Assembly (NCBI GenBank): GCA_963848295.1 | Contig: CAWKDB010000010.1 | Span: 2,400,001 to 2,464,000 of the forward strand | DNA length: 64,000 nt | Direction: 5' to 3' | DNA from: an uncultured delta proteobacterium | Lineage (GTDB): Bacteria; Myxococcota_A; Polyangia; Haliangiales; Haliangiaceae | Part shown: positions 19,844 through 30,846 of the stretch, piece after piece | Position numbering within the stretch: position 1 is the stretch's first letter | Layout of the letters: every line of letters begins with the position of its first letter | Program-made: the position numbers and the translations under genes | The notes under the pieces: model-generated | Databases searched by the model: none | The model's input: the letters and a program-made list of their open reading frames with translations, nothing else | What the model was told of the DNA's origin: nothing

Positions 19844-21869
19844 CGCGCCACCGGATCGAGCGCAGCGCGAACTGGGACACCGGGCGATCGAGCTCGGTAT
19901 CGGGCCCGAACGCTATGAACGCGACGACGAGCCCCGGGTGGCGCTGCGCGACCGCGAACCGCAAGCGCGCGCCGTGCGCGGTATCGGCGGCGGCGACGAG
20001 CCGGAGATGCTCGAGCTCGACCGCGACGCGCACCGCGTTCCAGTTGGTGCTCGCGGGCCCTTCGACCTCGAGCTCGACGTACGCGGGATCGCGCAGGTAG
20101 AACAGCGTCGCCGGAGGCACCGCGCCGGTGTCGTGATCCCAGCCGAAGCCGTTGCCGTAGAGCAGCGGCTCGGAGGCAAACCGATCGACGACCGCGAGGC
20201 GCGGATCGGTGCGCACGGTCGGCCCGAGCGCGCAGGTCGGCGGATCGGACCAGCACTCCGTCGGCTCGTCCGGCTCGCCGGCGATCTGCTCGCGCACGAA
20301 CTCGAACCTGCGCTCGACGCGCGTCGCGGTGACGACGATATCGCCGGCGACCGGCGGCGCATCGCACGAGATCCGCGCGCCGTCCGCGTCGCTGCACAAC
20401 GCGAAGCTCGGCTCGCCGTCGTCGATCAGACGCGCGGTCGCGAGCTCGAACCGATCGTAGTGGTTCGGCAGCGGATGCTCGTGCGCGGTCGGGCGCGATA
20501 CCGCGTAGGTGCGCTCGGCCGCGACCGCGCGCCCGAGCGGCGCGGACAGCTTGCCCGGGCGCGTGATCTTGCTCGTGACGATCGCCAGTGCCCAGCCGGC
20601 CGCGAGGACCGCGAACCCGCCGCGAGGTCGATGCAGCGCGACCGCGCGCCAGAGGATCACGAGCAGCGCCGCGATCGCCGGCGCGAAGTCGAGCTGGTAG
20701 CGCGACGTGAGGCTCGGCGAGTGCAAGTAGAACGCGAACAACGGCAGCGCGCCGAGCACCGCCCACGCGGACAACACGCGCGCGACGCGATCGCCATCGC
20801 GCCTCAACCACGCAAGCACGCCGAGCAGCCCGCCGGCGAGGATCAGCGGCAGGTACGGCCACGAGTACGTCGTGAAGTAGTACTCGCGCCAGCGCGGCTC
20901 GTCCGCCTGGCCGACGTGGAGGTCGCGCTGATAGAACTTGTTCGCCGCGGCCGGCTGATAGCGCAGCTCCGGCCGGCCGAACATGCTGCCGACCAGCTCC
21001 TCGGTCGCGGCGACGACGCCGACGCGCTCGAACGGATAGCTGAACCGCGTCGCCACGATGTTCCCCGGCAGCGCCTCGACGTTGAGGCGATGACCGAACT
21101 CGGTGCCGCGGCCGAACCGCGCCGCGTTCGTCGCGTACAACGCCGCGCCTCCCACCGCGAACAACGCGCCGCCGAGTGCGATCATCGCGATCACCTGCGT
21201 GCGCCGCCGTTCGCGCCGCGCATAGATCGCGCTCATCACGATCACCGCCGCGAGGCCGTAGAACCACACCGTCGGTCGGATCAACCCGGTCAACCCCGCG
21301 AACGTCGCGAGCCCCGCGAACTGCCGCCCGGTCGGCGCGCGGGCAAACGCGAGCACGCCGGCGAGCAGCATCACCGCCGCGCCGTACGCGTACACATCGG
21401 CTTCTTCGTAGACCCCAAGCCGACAGCGCAACATCGTGACGACGCCGGGCAGCAGCGCGACGATCACCACCGCGCCGATCTGCATCCACCGCGACTCGAG
21501 ATCGCGCGGCTCGAACGCGCGGATCACCGCGTAGAACATCAGCGCGAGCCACGCCGCGAGCGCGATGCGGTCCGGAAAGGGCGCGATGCCAACGAGCCGG
21601 CCGAGCGCCTCGAACGGCAGCTGCCACAGCGCGACCCCGAGTCCCCACACTTGCTCGACGCCGCTCTGCGTCCACGCGAGATCGTGGAACAGCCCGTCGG
21701 GCGTCTTCGACAGCGCGAACCGGCCCGACATCAGCGCATCGGTTTGCGCGCGATAATACGGATGCGCCGCATACCAGCCGTGCAGCGTGATCTGCCGGCA
21801 GATCGCGAGCAGCGCGATGGCGAGCAGCGCGGCGATGCCGAAGCTGCGGAGCCGATTTGCGCTACCCAC
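19836..21869 (-). CDS. GT-C-like polytopic membrane protein with C-terminal periplasmic domain
   Basis: Many TMs, 'YYRAQTDAL', 'VYEE', 'LIRPT', 'RYQLDF'. Confidence 0.7.
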   Translation of the reverse strand: MGSANRLRSFGIAALLAIALLAICRQITLHGWYAAHPYYRAQTDALMSGRFALSKTPDGLFHDLAWTQSGVEQVWGLGVALWQLPFEALGRLVGIAPFPDRIALAAWLALMFYAVIRAFEPRDLESRWMQIGAVVIVALLPGVVTMLRCRLGVYEEADVYAYGAAVMLLAGVLAFARAPTGRQFAGLATFAGLTGLIRPTVWFYGLAAVIVMSAIYARRERRRTQVIAMIALGGALFAVGGAALYATNAARFGRGTEFGHRLNVEALPGNIVATRFSYPFERVGVVAATEELVGSMFGRPELRYQPAAANKFYQRDLHVGQADEPRWREYYFTTYSWPYLPLILAGGLLGVLAWLRRDGDRVARVLSAWAVLGALPLFAFYLHSPSLTSRYQLDFAPAIAALLVILWRAVALHRPRGGFAVLAAGWALAIVTSKITRPGKLSAPLGRAVAAERTYAVSRPTAHEHPLPNHYDRFELATARLIDDGEPSFALCSDADGARISCDAPPVAGDIVVTATRVERRFEFVREQIAGEPDEPTECWSDPPTCALGPTVRTDPRLAVVDRFASEPLLYGNGFGWDHDTGAVPPATLFYLRDPAYVELEVEGPASTNWNAVRVAVELEHLRLVAAADTAHGARLRFAVAQRHPGLVVAFIAFGPDTELDRPVSQFALRSIRWRDD

Positions 21870-21912
21870 TCCCGTTGTATGGCACAGACGGTCGCGCGCC
21901 GTCGCGCCGTCG

Positions 21913-23025
21913 TTACGCGAACGCGCGAGCCGCGGCGATCACCGCGCTCTGCTCGTCGTCGGTGAGATCGGCGTACAGCGGCAAGCGGACCAGCTCGTCG
22001 GCGACCCGCTCGGTCACCGGGCACTGGCCGGCGCGCCCGCCGTGCGCGAGCCCCATCGGCGACAGGTGCAGCGGCTGATAGTGAAACACCGTCTGCACGC
22101 CGCTCGCCTTCATGTGATCGATGAACGCGGCGCGGCGCGCGGCTGGCACGAGCAGATAGAACATGTGAAACGCCTGATCACAGTGCGCGGGCACGATCGG
22201 TAGGCGGACGTCGCTGCTGCGCGCAGCCCAGTCCGCGAGCTCGGCCGCATAGCGCTTCCAGATCCGCGCGCGGTGGCCCTGGATCTCGGCGCGAGCCTCG
22301 AGCTGACCGAGCAGCAGCGCGCCGAGGATATCGGACAGCACGTAGCTCGAGCCGATGTCGACCCACGTGTACTTGTCGATCTGACCGCGGAAGAACCGGC
22401 TGCGGTTCGTGCCCTTCTCGCGCAGGATCTCGGCGCGCTCGACGAACCGCGCGTCGTTGACCACGAGCGCCCCGCCCTCGCCGCACGTGAAGTTCTTCGT
22501 ATCGTGAAAGCTCTGCGTCGCGAGCGCGCCGAACGAACCGAGCGGCTTGCCGCGATAGCGTGCGAACAAGCCGTGCGCGTTGTCCTCGATCACGACCGCG
22601 CTGCCGGCGCGCGCGCAGATCGCGTGCATCTCGCAGCCGACGCCCGCGTAATGCACCGGCACGATCGCCTTCGTGCGCGGCGAGATCGGCAGCTGGTTCT
22701 CGTCGAGGTTCAGCGTGTCGGGCCGGATGTCCGCGAAGATCGGCCGAGCGCCGCGCAGCACGAACGCGTTCACCGTCGACACGAACGTGAACGCCGGCAC
22801 GATCACCTCGTCGCCGGGCTGCAGCTCGAGCAACAGCGCCGACATCTCGAGCGCATGCGTGCACGATGTGGTGAGCAGCGCGCGCGGGGCGCCGAGCTCG
22901 CGCTCGATCAGCTGCTCGGCGCGCCGGCCGAACGGCCCATCGCCGCCGAGCCGACGACTCGCAAACGCCTCGCGGATGTTCGCGAAGCCGCTCTCGAGCA
23001 GTGCCGGACGCGTGAACGGAATCAT
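21913..23025 (-). CDS. rffA: dTDP-4-amino-4,6-dideoxygalactose transaminase
   Basis: MIPF, TTSCTHALEM, SFHDTKN, REKGTNRSRFFRGQIDKYTWVDIGSSY (WecE/RffA signature). Confidence 0.92.
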   Translation of the reverse strand: MIPFTRPALLESGFANIREAFASRRLGGDGPFGRRAEQLIERELGAPRALLTTSCTHALEMSALLLELQPGDEVIVPAFTFVSTVNAFVLRGARPIFADIRPDTLNLDENQLPISPRTKAIVPVHYAGVGCEMHAICARAGSAVVIEDNAHGLFARYRGKPLGSFGALATQSFHDTKNFTCGEGGALVVNDARFVERAEILREKGTNRSRFFRGQIDKYTWVDIGSSYVLSDILGALLLGQLEARAEIQGHRARIWKRYAAELADWAARSSDVRLPIVPAHCDQAFHMFYLLVPAARRAAFIDHMKASGVQTVFHYQPLHLSPMGLAHGGRAGQCPVTERVADELVRLPLYADLTDDEQSAVIAAARAFA

Positions 23026-23897
23026 CACGCCAGCTCGCGCGACAGCGTCAGCAGGTATTGCCCGTACTCGGTCTTGTCGAGCGCGGTCCCCGCGGCGCGT
23101 AGCCGCGCGAGGTCGATGAAGCCCTTGCGAAACGCGATCTCCTCGAGACAGCCGATCTTCAGGCCCTGGCGCGCCTCGACCGTCTGGATGAAGTTGCTCG
23201 CCTGCAGCATCGCGTCGGGCGAGCCGGTGTCGAGCCACGCCGTGCCGCGGCCGAACAGCGACAGCGACAGCGTGCCGTCCGCGAGATATGCGCGGTTGAC
23301 GTCGGTGATCTCGAGCTCGCCGCGCGGCGACGGCTTCAGCGCCTTCGCGATCCCGATCACGCGATTGTCGTAGAAATACAGGCCGGGCACCGCGTAGTGC
23401 GACTTCGGCTTCGCCGGCTTCTCTTCGAGCGACACCACCTTGCCGGCGGCGTCGTACTCGACCACGCCATACTGCGTCGGGTCCTTGACGTAGTAGCCGA
23501 AGATCCGCGCGCCGGACTCCAGCTTCGCGGCCTTGCGCAGCTCGGCGGTCACCGTCTCGCCGTAGAACAAGTTGTCGCCGAGGATCAGGCACACTGGATC
23601 GCGGCCGATGAACTCCGCGCCGACGATGAACGCATCGGCGAGCCCGCGCGGCGCGGTCTGTTCTTTGTAGGTGAGCCGGATGCCGAAGTCGCTGCCGTCG
23701 CCGAGCGTCGCCTCGAAGGCGGGCCGATCGCGCGGCGTGCAGATCAACAGGATGTCTTGAATCCCCGCGAGCATCAGCGTGCTCAGCGGGTAGTAGATCA
23801 TCGGCTTGTCGTAGACCGCGAGCAGCTGCTTGCTCACCCCGCGAGTCATCGGATAGAGGCGCGTGCCAGCCCCTCCTGCGAGGACGATTCCCTTCAT
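23025..23897 (-). CDS. rfbA: Glucose-1-phosphate thymidylyltransferase (RmlA)
   Basis: [45 protein letters not shown]. Confidence 0.97.
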   Translation of the reverse strand: MKGIVLAGGAGTRLYPMTRGVSKQLLAVYDKPMIYYPLSTLMLAGIQDILLICTPRDRPAFEATLGDGSDFGIRLTYKEQTAPRGLADAFIVGAEFIGRDPVCLILGDNLFYGETVTAELRKAAKLESGARIFGYYVKDPTQYGVVEYDAAGKVVSLEEKPAKPKSHYAVPGLYFYDNRVIGIAKALKPSPRGELEITDVNRAYLADGTLSLSLFGRGTAWLDTGSPDAMLQASNFIQTVEARQGLKIGCLEEIAFRKGFIDLARLRAAGTALDKTEYGQYLLTLSRELA

Positions 23898-23908
23898 CGC
23901 CGGCGACC

Positions 23909-23942
23909 ATAACAGAATCCGGACAGCTCCCAGATCTGTTAT
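23909..23942. promoter_or_regulatory. 8-bp inverted repeat (ATAACAGA-N18-TCTGTTAT); probably back-to-back extended -10 promoters
   Basis: Lies in the 56-bp gap between divergent rfbA and the flippase; TGTTAT occurs on each strand shortly before each ATG. Confidence 0.5.
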
Positions 23943-23953
23943 ACGGTTCGCGA

Positions 23954-24939
23954 ATGACGAGAGCGCGGCTCGTGCTCGCCGCGAAGATCGCCGTCGCGGT
24001 GGTCCTGATCGCGTGGCTCGTCCAGTCGGGGACTCTCGATTTCGGCGCGCTGGAGATCTTCTATCACCGACCGGAGCTGCTCGGCGCGAGCCTCGCGATG
24101 TTCGCGTTCACCGTGACGCTCGGCGCGCTCCGTTGGCGACTCTTGCTTCGCATGGCGGATGTCCACCTCAGCGTCGGCCGCGCACTCCAGCTGATGCTGA
24201 CCGGGCATGTTCTTCAATGTCGCGCTGCCCGGGAACATCGGCGGTGACGTCATCCGGTCGGTCTACGTCGCTCGCGACGCGCCGCGTGAACGACGACCGG
24301 CCATCTACGTGATCGGGCTGCTCGATCGCTTACTCGCGCTCGTCGGCCTCGATCGCGGTGGCTTGCGTGCTCACGCTCGCCCGAGGCCATGCCGTGTGGG
24401 ACATCACCGCAGCTTCGGGACTTGGCGATGGCGGTGCTCGTCCTGACTGCGGCTACGTTCGGCGGGCCGATCCTGCTGATCGTGGTCGTGCGACGACTCG
24501 GGTCGCGGCTCGACGGCAGGGCCCAAGGCACGTCTCGGATCGCGAAGCTGTTCGGTCAGCTCGTCGCGGCCACCGGCTGATCGCGGCGAATCCGAAGGCG
24601 CTCGTCGGCGCGTTCGGCCTCGCGGTCTGCATCCACCTCGCCGGGATCATCCTGTTCGCGGTGCTCGCGACCGCGATCACGGGTCAGGACATCGCCGTCT
24701 CGACCCTCGCGAGCGTGTATCCGCTCGGGATGCTGACCCTCGTATTGCCGATCTCGTACGCCGGGTTCGGCGTCGGCCACGTCGCATTCGATCAGCTGTT
24801 CACGCTCGTCGGGCTGACCGGCGGGGCGACGGTGCTGAACGCCTATTTGATCAGCCAGGTCGTGCCGTGCCTGTTCGGCGTGATCCCGTACCTGACGCTG
24901 CGGCGCCAGGCCGCGCCGATCGATGAAGCTGAGGTCTAA
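23954..24939 (+). pseudogene. UPF0104 flippase-like protein, several frameshifts (possibly sequencing error)
   Basis: Consecutive frames give 'LRWRLLL', 'FFNVALPGNIGGDVIR', 'DR', 'LPISYAGFGVGH'. Confidence 0.8.
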
Positions 24940-25981
24940 CCCGACGCCGTGTGCTTGCGCGGCTCGGACGGCTCTTTCACGACGCGAGGCGTGACGACCG
25001 TCGCGCTGCGACCGCGCAAGCTCGGCTCGTCGAACGCACGCAGCTCGCCATAGGTCTCACGCACGACAAACAGCGGGCGTTGCTGCACCTCCGCGAGGAT
25101 GCGTCCGATGTAGAGGCTCGCTACTCCGGTGACCGCGATCTGGACGCCGCCGAGGAACACGATCGCGACGAACGTCGACGGTAGCCAGGGAGGATCGATC
25201 GGCCGAACCACTTCTGTAGCATCAAGCCGACCGCGAGCACCATACCGACGCTCGCGACGAGCATGCCGAACTTGACCGCGAGGCGAAGCGGAAAGTCCGA
25301 GAACGAGATGACCGACGAGTAGGCCATCCGCAGGCGGCGGCGAAAGTTGTAGCTCGACTTGCCGGCCTTGCGTGGTTGCTGCTCGATCGGCACGCGCGTG
25401 TAGCGCAGGCCCAGCCAGCCCTCGAGCCCGGGGATGTAGCGGCTCTTCTCGGTCAGCGCGTTGTACATGTCGACTGCACGTCGGGTCATGATCCGCATCG
25501 TCGTGGCGTTGATCGGAATCTGATGACCGGTGAGTCGATTCATCACCACGGTGAACAGATACGAGGTGATTCGCGTGTGGAACCGGACCGGCCGCCCATG
25601 ATGCTCGCCACCGACGATGTCGTAGTCGCCTTGCTTCAACGCGTCGAGTAGGCTCGGGAGGAACCGGGGCGGCTCCTCCATATCGACGTTCAACGTACCG
25701 ACGTAGTCTCCGCTCGCCGCGCGGTAACCGGCGGACGTCGCGATGTGCTGTCCGAAGTTGCGACTGAGTAGCACGCACTTCGCAAAGGGGAATTCATCGC
25801 AGGTCTTCTTGAGCAGCTCGGGCGAGTCGTTGCGGCTGCCGTCGTCTACGAAGATGACCTCGAGGTCTTGCGCGAGCTCGTCATGGCCGAGGTAAGCTCG
25901 GAACGTCTTCGCCATCTCGACGCAAAAATCACGGGCGAGCGCGCCGTCGTTGTAGATCGGGATGACGAACGAATACAGCAT
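24936..25981 (-). CDS. GT2 polyprenol-phosphate glycosyltransferase (GtrB/ArnC-like), one frameshift near 25185
   Basis: FVIPIYN, FVDDGS.N, LSRNFGQH; the C-terminus 'LYIGRILAEVQQRPLFVV' is in another frame. Confidence 0.88.
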
Positions 25982-26232
25982 CAGTCGGCCGCCAGGGCGG
26001 TGACGGAGGCTGCTTGTTCCGGGTCGGCCACGGCGATCACAGCCTCGTCTTATCGGCTTTTCTCGACATGTTCAACCGCCCGGATCGAGGGCTGCCTTCC
26101 GCGTCACGGTGTGACGGCCGCTGCGTGGCCAATGTCGCGGAACAACGGGCAAGATCGACGAGAAGATCGTCGACCGGCATGACAACGAGCGCGGAGCTTT
26201 GTATGGTCCACGCGCTCGAGCGCCGATGGACG

Positions 26233-27768
26233 ATGCAGATCAACGTCGTTGAATACTTGGAACGCGGAGCGCTGGCGGCCTACCCGCACAAGACCGCGAT
26301 CATCGATGGCGCGAATCGCTATACGTTTTCCGACATCGAGCGCTACGCCAAGCGCTGCGCCTCGCTGCTGATCAAACGCAGCCCGCGAACGAGCGTGCCG
26401 ATCGCGGTGTACTTGCCCAAGAGCGCGGCCACGGTCTTTGCCGATCTCGGGATCATCTATAGCGGCAACGTCTATTCGAACTTGGATGTGAAGTCCCCGG
26501 CTCAGCGGGTCAAGAACATCCTCGGCAACCTCGAGCCCGCGCTAGTCATCACCTCGCAGGCGCTGCTCGCCTCCGTGGTCGCGCTCGGAGTCGCGCCGGA
26601 CGACGTGTTGCTCGTCGATCAGATCTTCGACGACGCGAGTACGATCGACTCTGCGGCGATCACCGCGCGGCTCGAGGCAGTGATCGACACCGATCCGCTG
26701 TGCATCATCAACACCTCGGGCTCGACCGGTGTGCCCAAGGGCGTCGTGATGCATCACCGCAGCATCATCGACTTCATGGATTGGGTGATGGCTCGCCTCG
26801 GGCTCGACGGCACCGAAGTGATCGGCAGCTTGTCGCCGTTCTACTTCGACATCTACACGCTCGAGCTCTATCTCTCGCTAGCGAAGGGCTCGACACTCGT
26901 CATAATCCCAGACGAGCTGCCGATCTTCCCCGCGAAGCTCGTCGCGTACCTCGCGGAGATGGCGATCAGCTTCATCTTCTGGGTGCCGACCATCATGGTC
27001 AACATCGCGAACCTAGGGCTGCTCGACAGCGTCGACCTTGCGAAGCTGAACAAGATCTTCTTCGCGGGAGAGGTGTTCCCGACCAAGCACCTCAACATCT
27101 GGCGGCGTCGGCTTCCGCAGGCGCTGTTCGTCAACCTCTACGGCCCGATCGAGATCTCGGTCGACTGCACGTATTTCATCGTCGACCGCGAGCTGCGCGA
27201 TGACGAGCCGCTGCCGATCGGCGTTCCCTGCCGCAACACCGACATCTTGATCCTCGACGACAGTAACCAGCGCGCCAAGGACGGCGAGCCCGGCGAGCTG
27301 TGCGTGCGTGGCAGCTCGCTCGCGCTCGGTTACTGGAACGATCCCGAGAAGACCGCGAAGGCGTTCGTCCAGAATCCGCTGAACAAGCACTATCCAGAGT
27401 TGATCTATCGCACCGGCGATCTCGTCTCACGCAACGATCGCGGCGAGATCCTGTTCCTCGGCCGCAAGGACTTCCAGATCAAGCACCTGGGCTACCGGAT
27501 CGAGCTCGGCGAGATCGAGCACTTGGTCGCGAGCATCGGCCTGGTCGACAACGCGTGCGTGCTCTATCACCGCGAGCGCAAGGAGATCACGCTGTTCTTC
27601 GAGGCGAAGCAGCAGGTCCAGCCGTCCGCGATCCGTCAAGGACTCGCCGCGGTCCTTCCGAAGTACATGCTGCCGACCGTCTTCCATCAGATGGAAGCCT
27701 TGCCGCGCAATCCGAACGGCAAGATCGATCGCCAGGGGCTGTCGACGTTGCTGGAGAAGCAGCCGTGA
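26233..27768 (+). CDS. Stand-alone amino-acid adenylation enzyme (DltA-like)
   Basis: NTSGSTGVPKG, PFYFDIY, NLYGPIE, YRTGD, QIKHLGYRIELGEIE, PRNPNGKIDR. Confidence 0.93.
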   Translation: MQINVVEYLERGALAAYPHKTAIIDGANRYTFSDIERYAKRCASLLIKRSPRTSVPIAVYLPKSAATVFADLGIIYSGNVYSNLDVKSPAQRVKNILGNLEPALVITSQALLASVVALGVAPDDVLLVDQIFDDASTIDSAAITARLEAVIDTDPLCIINTSGSTGVPKGVVMHHRSIIDFMDWVMARLGLDGTEVIGSLSPFYFDIYTLELYLSLAKGSTLVIIPDELPIFPAKLVAYLAEMAISFIFWVPTIMVNIANLGLLDSVDLAKLNKIFFAGEVFPTKHLNIWRRRLPQALFVNLYGPIEISVDCTYFIVDRELRDDEPLPIGVPCRNTDILILDDSNQRAKDGEPGELCVRGSSLALGYWNDPEKTAKAFVQNPLNKHYPELIYRTGDLVSRNDRGEILFLGRKDFQIKHLGYRIELGEIEHLVASIGLVDNACVLYHRERKEITLFFEAKQQVQPSAIRQGLAAVLPKYMLPTVFHQMEALPRNPNGKIDRQGLSTLLEKQP

Positions 27769-28577
27769 ACCAGCTCTCGACCATCGACGCAGTCTACGAG
27801 CAAGTGGAGCAGGCGAAGCGACAGGGGCCGCTCGTGACGAACTTTTATCCCGCGCGCGACAAGCTGCAGCGCTCGATCGACCGACGCGAGTTGTTCTCGG
27901 TGACCGCGGGCGACGTATTGTTCGTAATGCGCCGGGATCGTGACTTCTTTCACCTGGCTTACGTAGCAAGCAAAGGCGCGGATCTGAGTGCAGCAGTGCA
28001 CGAGCTGTTCGAGAGCTTTCGCGAGACCGTGACCGTCGATCTGATCGGCAAGCGCGAGCAGGTCGACGAGATCGCCGAGCTGTTCACGCAGACCGGATTT
28101 CGCGATCATTGCGTGTTGAATCGGATGACGAAGCTCGCGGAGCCATCCTCGCCCTCGCCGGCGCCTGACCCGGAGGTCGTCTACGCCAACGGCGATGACG
28201 GTGTGGCGCTCGCCCGCATGCTCGAGGGCGAGCTCGACCGTTTTACCGAGCAGATCCCCGACGCCGACGAGATGACGCGAGCTGCGACCGATCGCAAGAT
28301 CATGGTCATCCGGTCGGGCGCCACTATCGCTGGCTTGCTGTTTTTCGAGGCCACCGGGCAGTCTTCGCTGCTACGCCACTGGGTGGTCGACCCGGCCCAC
28401 CGCGATCAGCGCGTCGGTGCCCGGCTGATCCGGCGCTACTTCGCCGAGTGCACAGACGTGCGGCGGTTCCTGCTGTGGGTCATCTCCGACAACGACAACG
28501 CGATCGATCGATACGTGCACTACGGCTATCAGCGAGACGGGTTGATCGATCAGGTCTTGATAAGGCGGGCGTCATGA
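27765..28577 (+). CDS. GNAT-family acyltransferase
   Basis: GTG overlaps the upstream stop; C-terminal GNAT 'VVDPAHRDQRVGARL...NDNAIDRY..YGY'. Confidence 0.8.
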   Translation: MNQLSTIDAVYEQVEQAKRQGPLVTNFYPARDKLQRSIDRRELFSVTAGDVLFVMRRDRDFFHLAYVASKGADLSAAVHELFESFRETVTVDLIGKREQVDEIAELFTQTGFRDHCVLNRMTKLAEPSSPSPAPDPEVVYANGDDGVALARMLEGELDRFTEQIPDADEMTRAATDRKIMVIRSGATIAGLLFFEATGQSSLLRHWVVDPAHRDQRVGARLIRRYFAECTDVRRFLLWVISDNDNAIDRYVHYGYQRDGLIDQVLIRRAS

Positions 28578-28804
28578 GTTCTGTCATCGAGGTACTCAAA
28601 GGGATCCGTCCGGAGTTCGACTTCGCAACGTCGGAGGACTTCATCGCCGACGGCATGCTCGATTCGTTCGACGTGATCACGCTGATCAGCGAGCTCGACA
28701 AGCGCTACAGCATCTCGATCCTCGGCACCGACATCCTGCCGGAGAACATCAGGAGCGTCGCGGCGATCACGGCCCTCTTGAAGAAGTACGGGATCGAGCC
28801 GTGA
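28574..28804 (+). CDS. Acyl/aminoacyl carrier protein (DltC-like)
   Basis: 76 aa, acidic, 'GMLDSFDVITL', 'ILPENIRS'. Confidence 0.88.
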   Translation: MSSVIEVLKGIRPEFDFATSEDFIADGMLDSFDVITLISELDKRYSISILGTDILPENIRSVAAITALLKKYGIEP

Positions 28805-29865
28805 ACTTCAGCTTCGCAGGCAAGCGCATCGCCGGCGTCCTCACCGTGCTGCCGGCCAACGAGCGCAGCTTCATGGAGGACATGAAGGATTTCGATTTCC
28901 CGGAAGAGAAGTCGCTCAAGCTGAAGAAGGTGATGGGCTACGACAAGCACCGGATCGTGACCGACGGCACGTGCGTCTCGGACCTCGCGGTGCACGGCTT
29001 CCACCACTTGTTCAACAAGGGCGTGGTCAAGCCCGATGAAATCGATGCGCTCGTCGTCGTGACTCAGTCTCCCGACTACTACATGCCGGCGACCAGCAAC
29101 GTCATCCAGGGCAGGCTGAACCTCAAGCACGACATGCTCTGCCTCGACATCAGCCAGGGCTGTGCCGGCTTCGTCGTCGGCCTGATGCAGGCGTTCATGA
29201 TGTTGGAGCAAGCGTCGATCAACAAGGTCGCGCTCGTCAACGCCGACGTGCTGAGTCGCAAGGTCTCTCGCAAAGACAAGAACAGCTTTCCGCTGATCGG
29301 CGACGCGGCGTGCATCACGATTGTCGAGAAGACCGACGACCGGCGACCGATCCACGCAAATCTGAAGATGGACGGCACGCACCACGAAGTGCTGATCATC
29401 CCGGCCGGCGGGTTTCGGATGCCGTCGAGCCCCGAGACCGCGGTGGTCGAAGATGTCGGCGACAACAACTTCCGCGCCAAAGACAACCTGACGATGAACG
29501 GCACGGCGGTGTTCAACTTCGTCCAGGTCGAAGTCCCGCCGATGATCGAGTCGCTGTTGAAGCAAGCGGAGCTGACAGTCGCCCAGGTCGACTACTTCAT
29601 GTTCCACCAGCCGAACAAGTTCATGCTCGGCAAGCTCGCCGACCGGATCGGCGTCAGCCGTGACAAAGTGCCGAGCAACATCGTCGAGAACTTCGGTAAC
29701 GCGAGCGGTGCGACGATCCCCACGAACATCACGTTCAACCTGGCTCAGCCGCTGCTGAACGGCACGCTCGAGCTGTGCTTTGCCGGCTTCGGGGTCGGCC
29801 TGACCTGGGCATCGCTCGTGATGCCGGTCGGCCCGTTGGCATTTTGCGAGATGATCGACTACTGA
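28801..29865 (+). CDS. 3-oxoacyl-ACP synthase III (FabH-like)
   Basis: DISQGCAGF (Cys), FHQPN (His), FGNAS (Asn), GFGVGLTW. Confidence 0.92.
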   Translation: MNFSFAGKRIAGVLTVLPANERSFMEDMKDFDFPEEKSLKLKKVMGYDKHRIVTDGTCVSDLAVHGFHHLFNKGVVKPDEIDALVVVTQSPDYYMPATSNVIQGRLNLKHDMLCLDISQGCAGFVVGLMQAFMMLEQASINKVALVNADVLSRKVSRKDKNSFPLIGDAACITIVEKTDDRRPIHANLKMDGTHHEVLIIPAGGFRMPSSPETAVVEDVGDNNFRAKDNLTMNGTAVFNFVQVEVPPMIESLLKQAELTVAQVDYFMFHQPNKFMLGKLADRIGVSRDKVPSNIVENFGNASGATIPTNITFNLAQPLLNGTLELCFAGFGVGLTWASLVMPVGPLAFCEMIDY

Positions 29866-29872
29866 GGAGGCC

Positions 29873-30100
29873 ATGTTGTTGGATTGATTTTACGAACGGC
29901 TCGCTGCGGTGGTCGAAGAAGACACGGTCGGGCCCGACGACGTGCTCGCCGACTTCGAGCAATGGGACTCGCTGACCGCGTTGGGCGTCGTCTCGATGAT
30001 TGACGACAACTACCGAGTCAACGTCTCCGCGGAGGAGCTCGCCGGCGCTCGCACCGCCGGCGCCCTCGAGGCGCTAGTCGCGGCGAAGCAGAAGCAGTAG
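29873..30100 (+). CDS. Second acyl carrier protein, apparent +1 frameshift near 29885
   Basis: GAGGAGG RBS then ATG at 29873; 'WDSLTALGVVSMIDDNY' phosphopantetheine motif. Confidence 0.82.
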
Positions 30101-30109
30101 AGACACGGC

Positions 30110-30832
30110 ATGCAAACGTATACGCTGCTCACCGGTGCCTCCTCGGGCATCGGCGCAGCCATCGCCAAGCGCTTGGGCGGCGAGTGCGCGCTCATCCTCG
30201 GCGGGCGTGACGCCGACAAGCTTCGCGCGCTTGCAGGCCATGACGATCGGCACCTGGTGTGGCCATACGATCTGCGCGATGTCGACGGGATCCACGCGTC
30301 GCTCATCGGCCTGCTCGAACCACATCAGGCGACGGTCGATCGCTTCGTCCACTGCGCTGGTGTCGTAAAGGTGATGCCGGCGCGCATGATGGAGCCCGCA
30401 GTCGTGCAGGAGACGATGAACGTGAACGTGCTTTCCGCGATCCAGATCTTGCGCACGTTGCTCAAGAAGGCGAACCACGGCGCCCTCACCAACGTGCTGT
30501 TCATCTCGAGTACGTACAGCATCCGGGGCGTCAAGGGCCAGGCGCTCTACTCCGCGAGCAAGGGCGCCCTCGACGCGATGATGCAGTCGCTCGCGGTCGA
30601 GCTCGCGCCGACCGTCCGCGTGAACTCGATCTTGCCGGGTGGAGTCAGGACGCCGATGTCCAAGCACGCGTTCGAGGACCCGCAGACCTTGGAGAAGATG
30701 AAGAAAGAATATCTGCTGCGGTTCGGCGAGGTCGACGATGTCGTGAACATGGTCGAGTTCATGCTCTCCGACAAAGCCAGCTGGATCACCGGACAGAAGA
30801 TGGTCGTTGACGGTGGGCAGACCGCACACTAG
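30110..30832 (+). CDS. SDR oxidoreductase (FabG-like)
   Basis: TGASSGIG, YSASK, VNSILPG, VDGG. Confidence 0.92.
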   Translation: MQTYTLLTGASSGIGAAIAKRLGGECALILGGRDADKLRALAGHDDRHLVWPYDLRDVDGIHASLIGLLEPHQATVDRFVHCAGVVKVMPARMMEPAVVQETMNVNVLSAIQILRTLLKKANHGALTNVLFISSTYSIRGVKGQALYSASKGALDAMMQSLAVELAPTVRVNSILPGGVRTPMSKHAFEDPQTLEKMKKEYLLRFGEVDDVVNMVEFMLSDKASWITGQKMVVDGGQTAH

Positions 30833-30846
30833 GACAGGGCATTGCG

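Noticed and set aside
26014..26232. N-terminal extension of the adenylation enzyme
   Set aside because: Family-like sequence starts at MQINVVEYL (26233); the upstream stretch is more likely a divergent promoter region.
26233..30832. Classical NRPS/PKS secondary-metabolite cluster or dlt operon
   Set aside because: No C, KS-AT or TE domains and no DltB/DltD; the genes are embedded among sugar genes.
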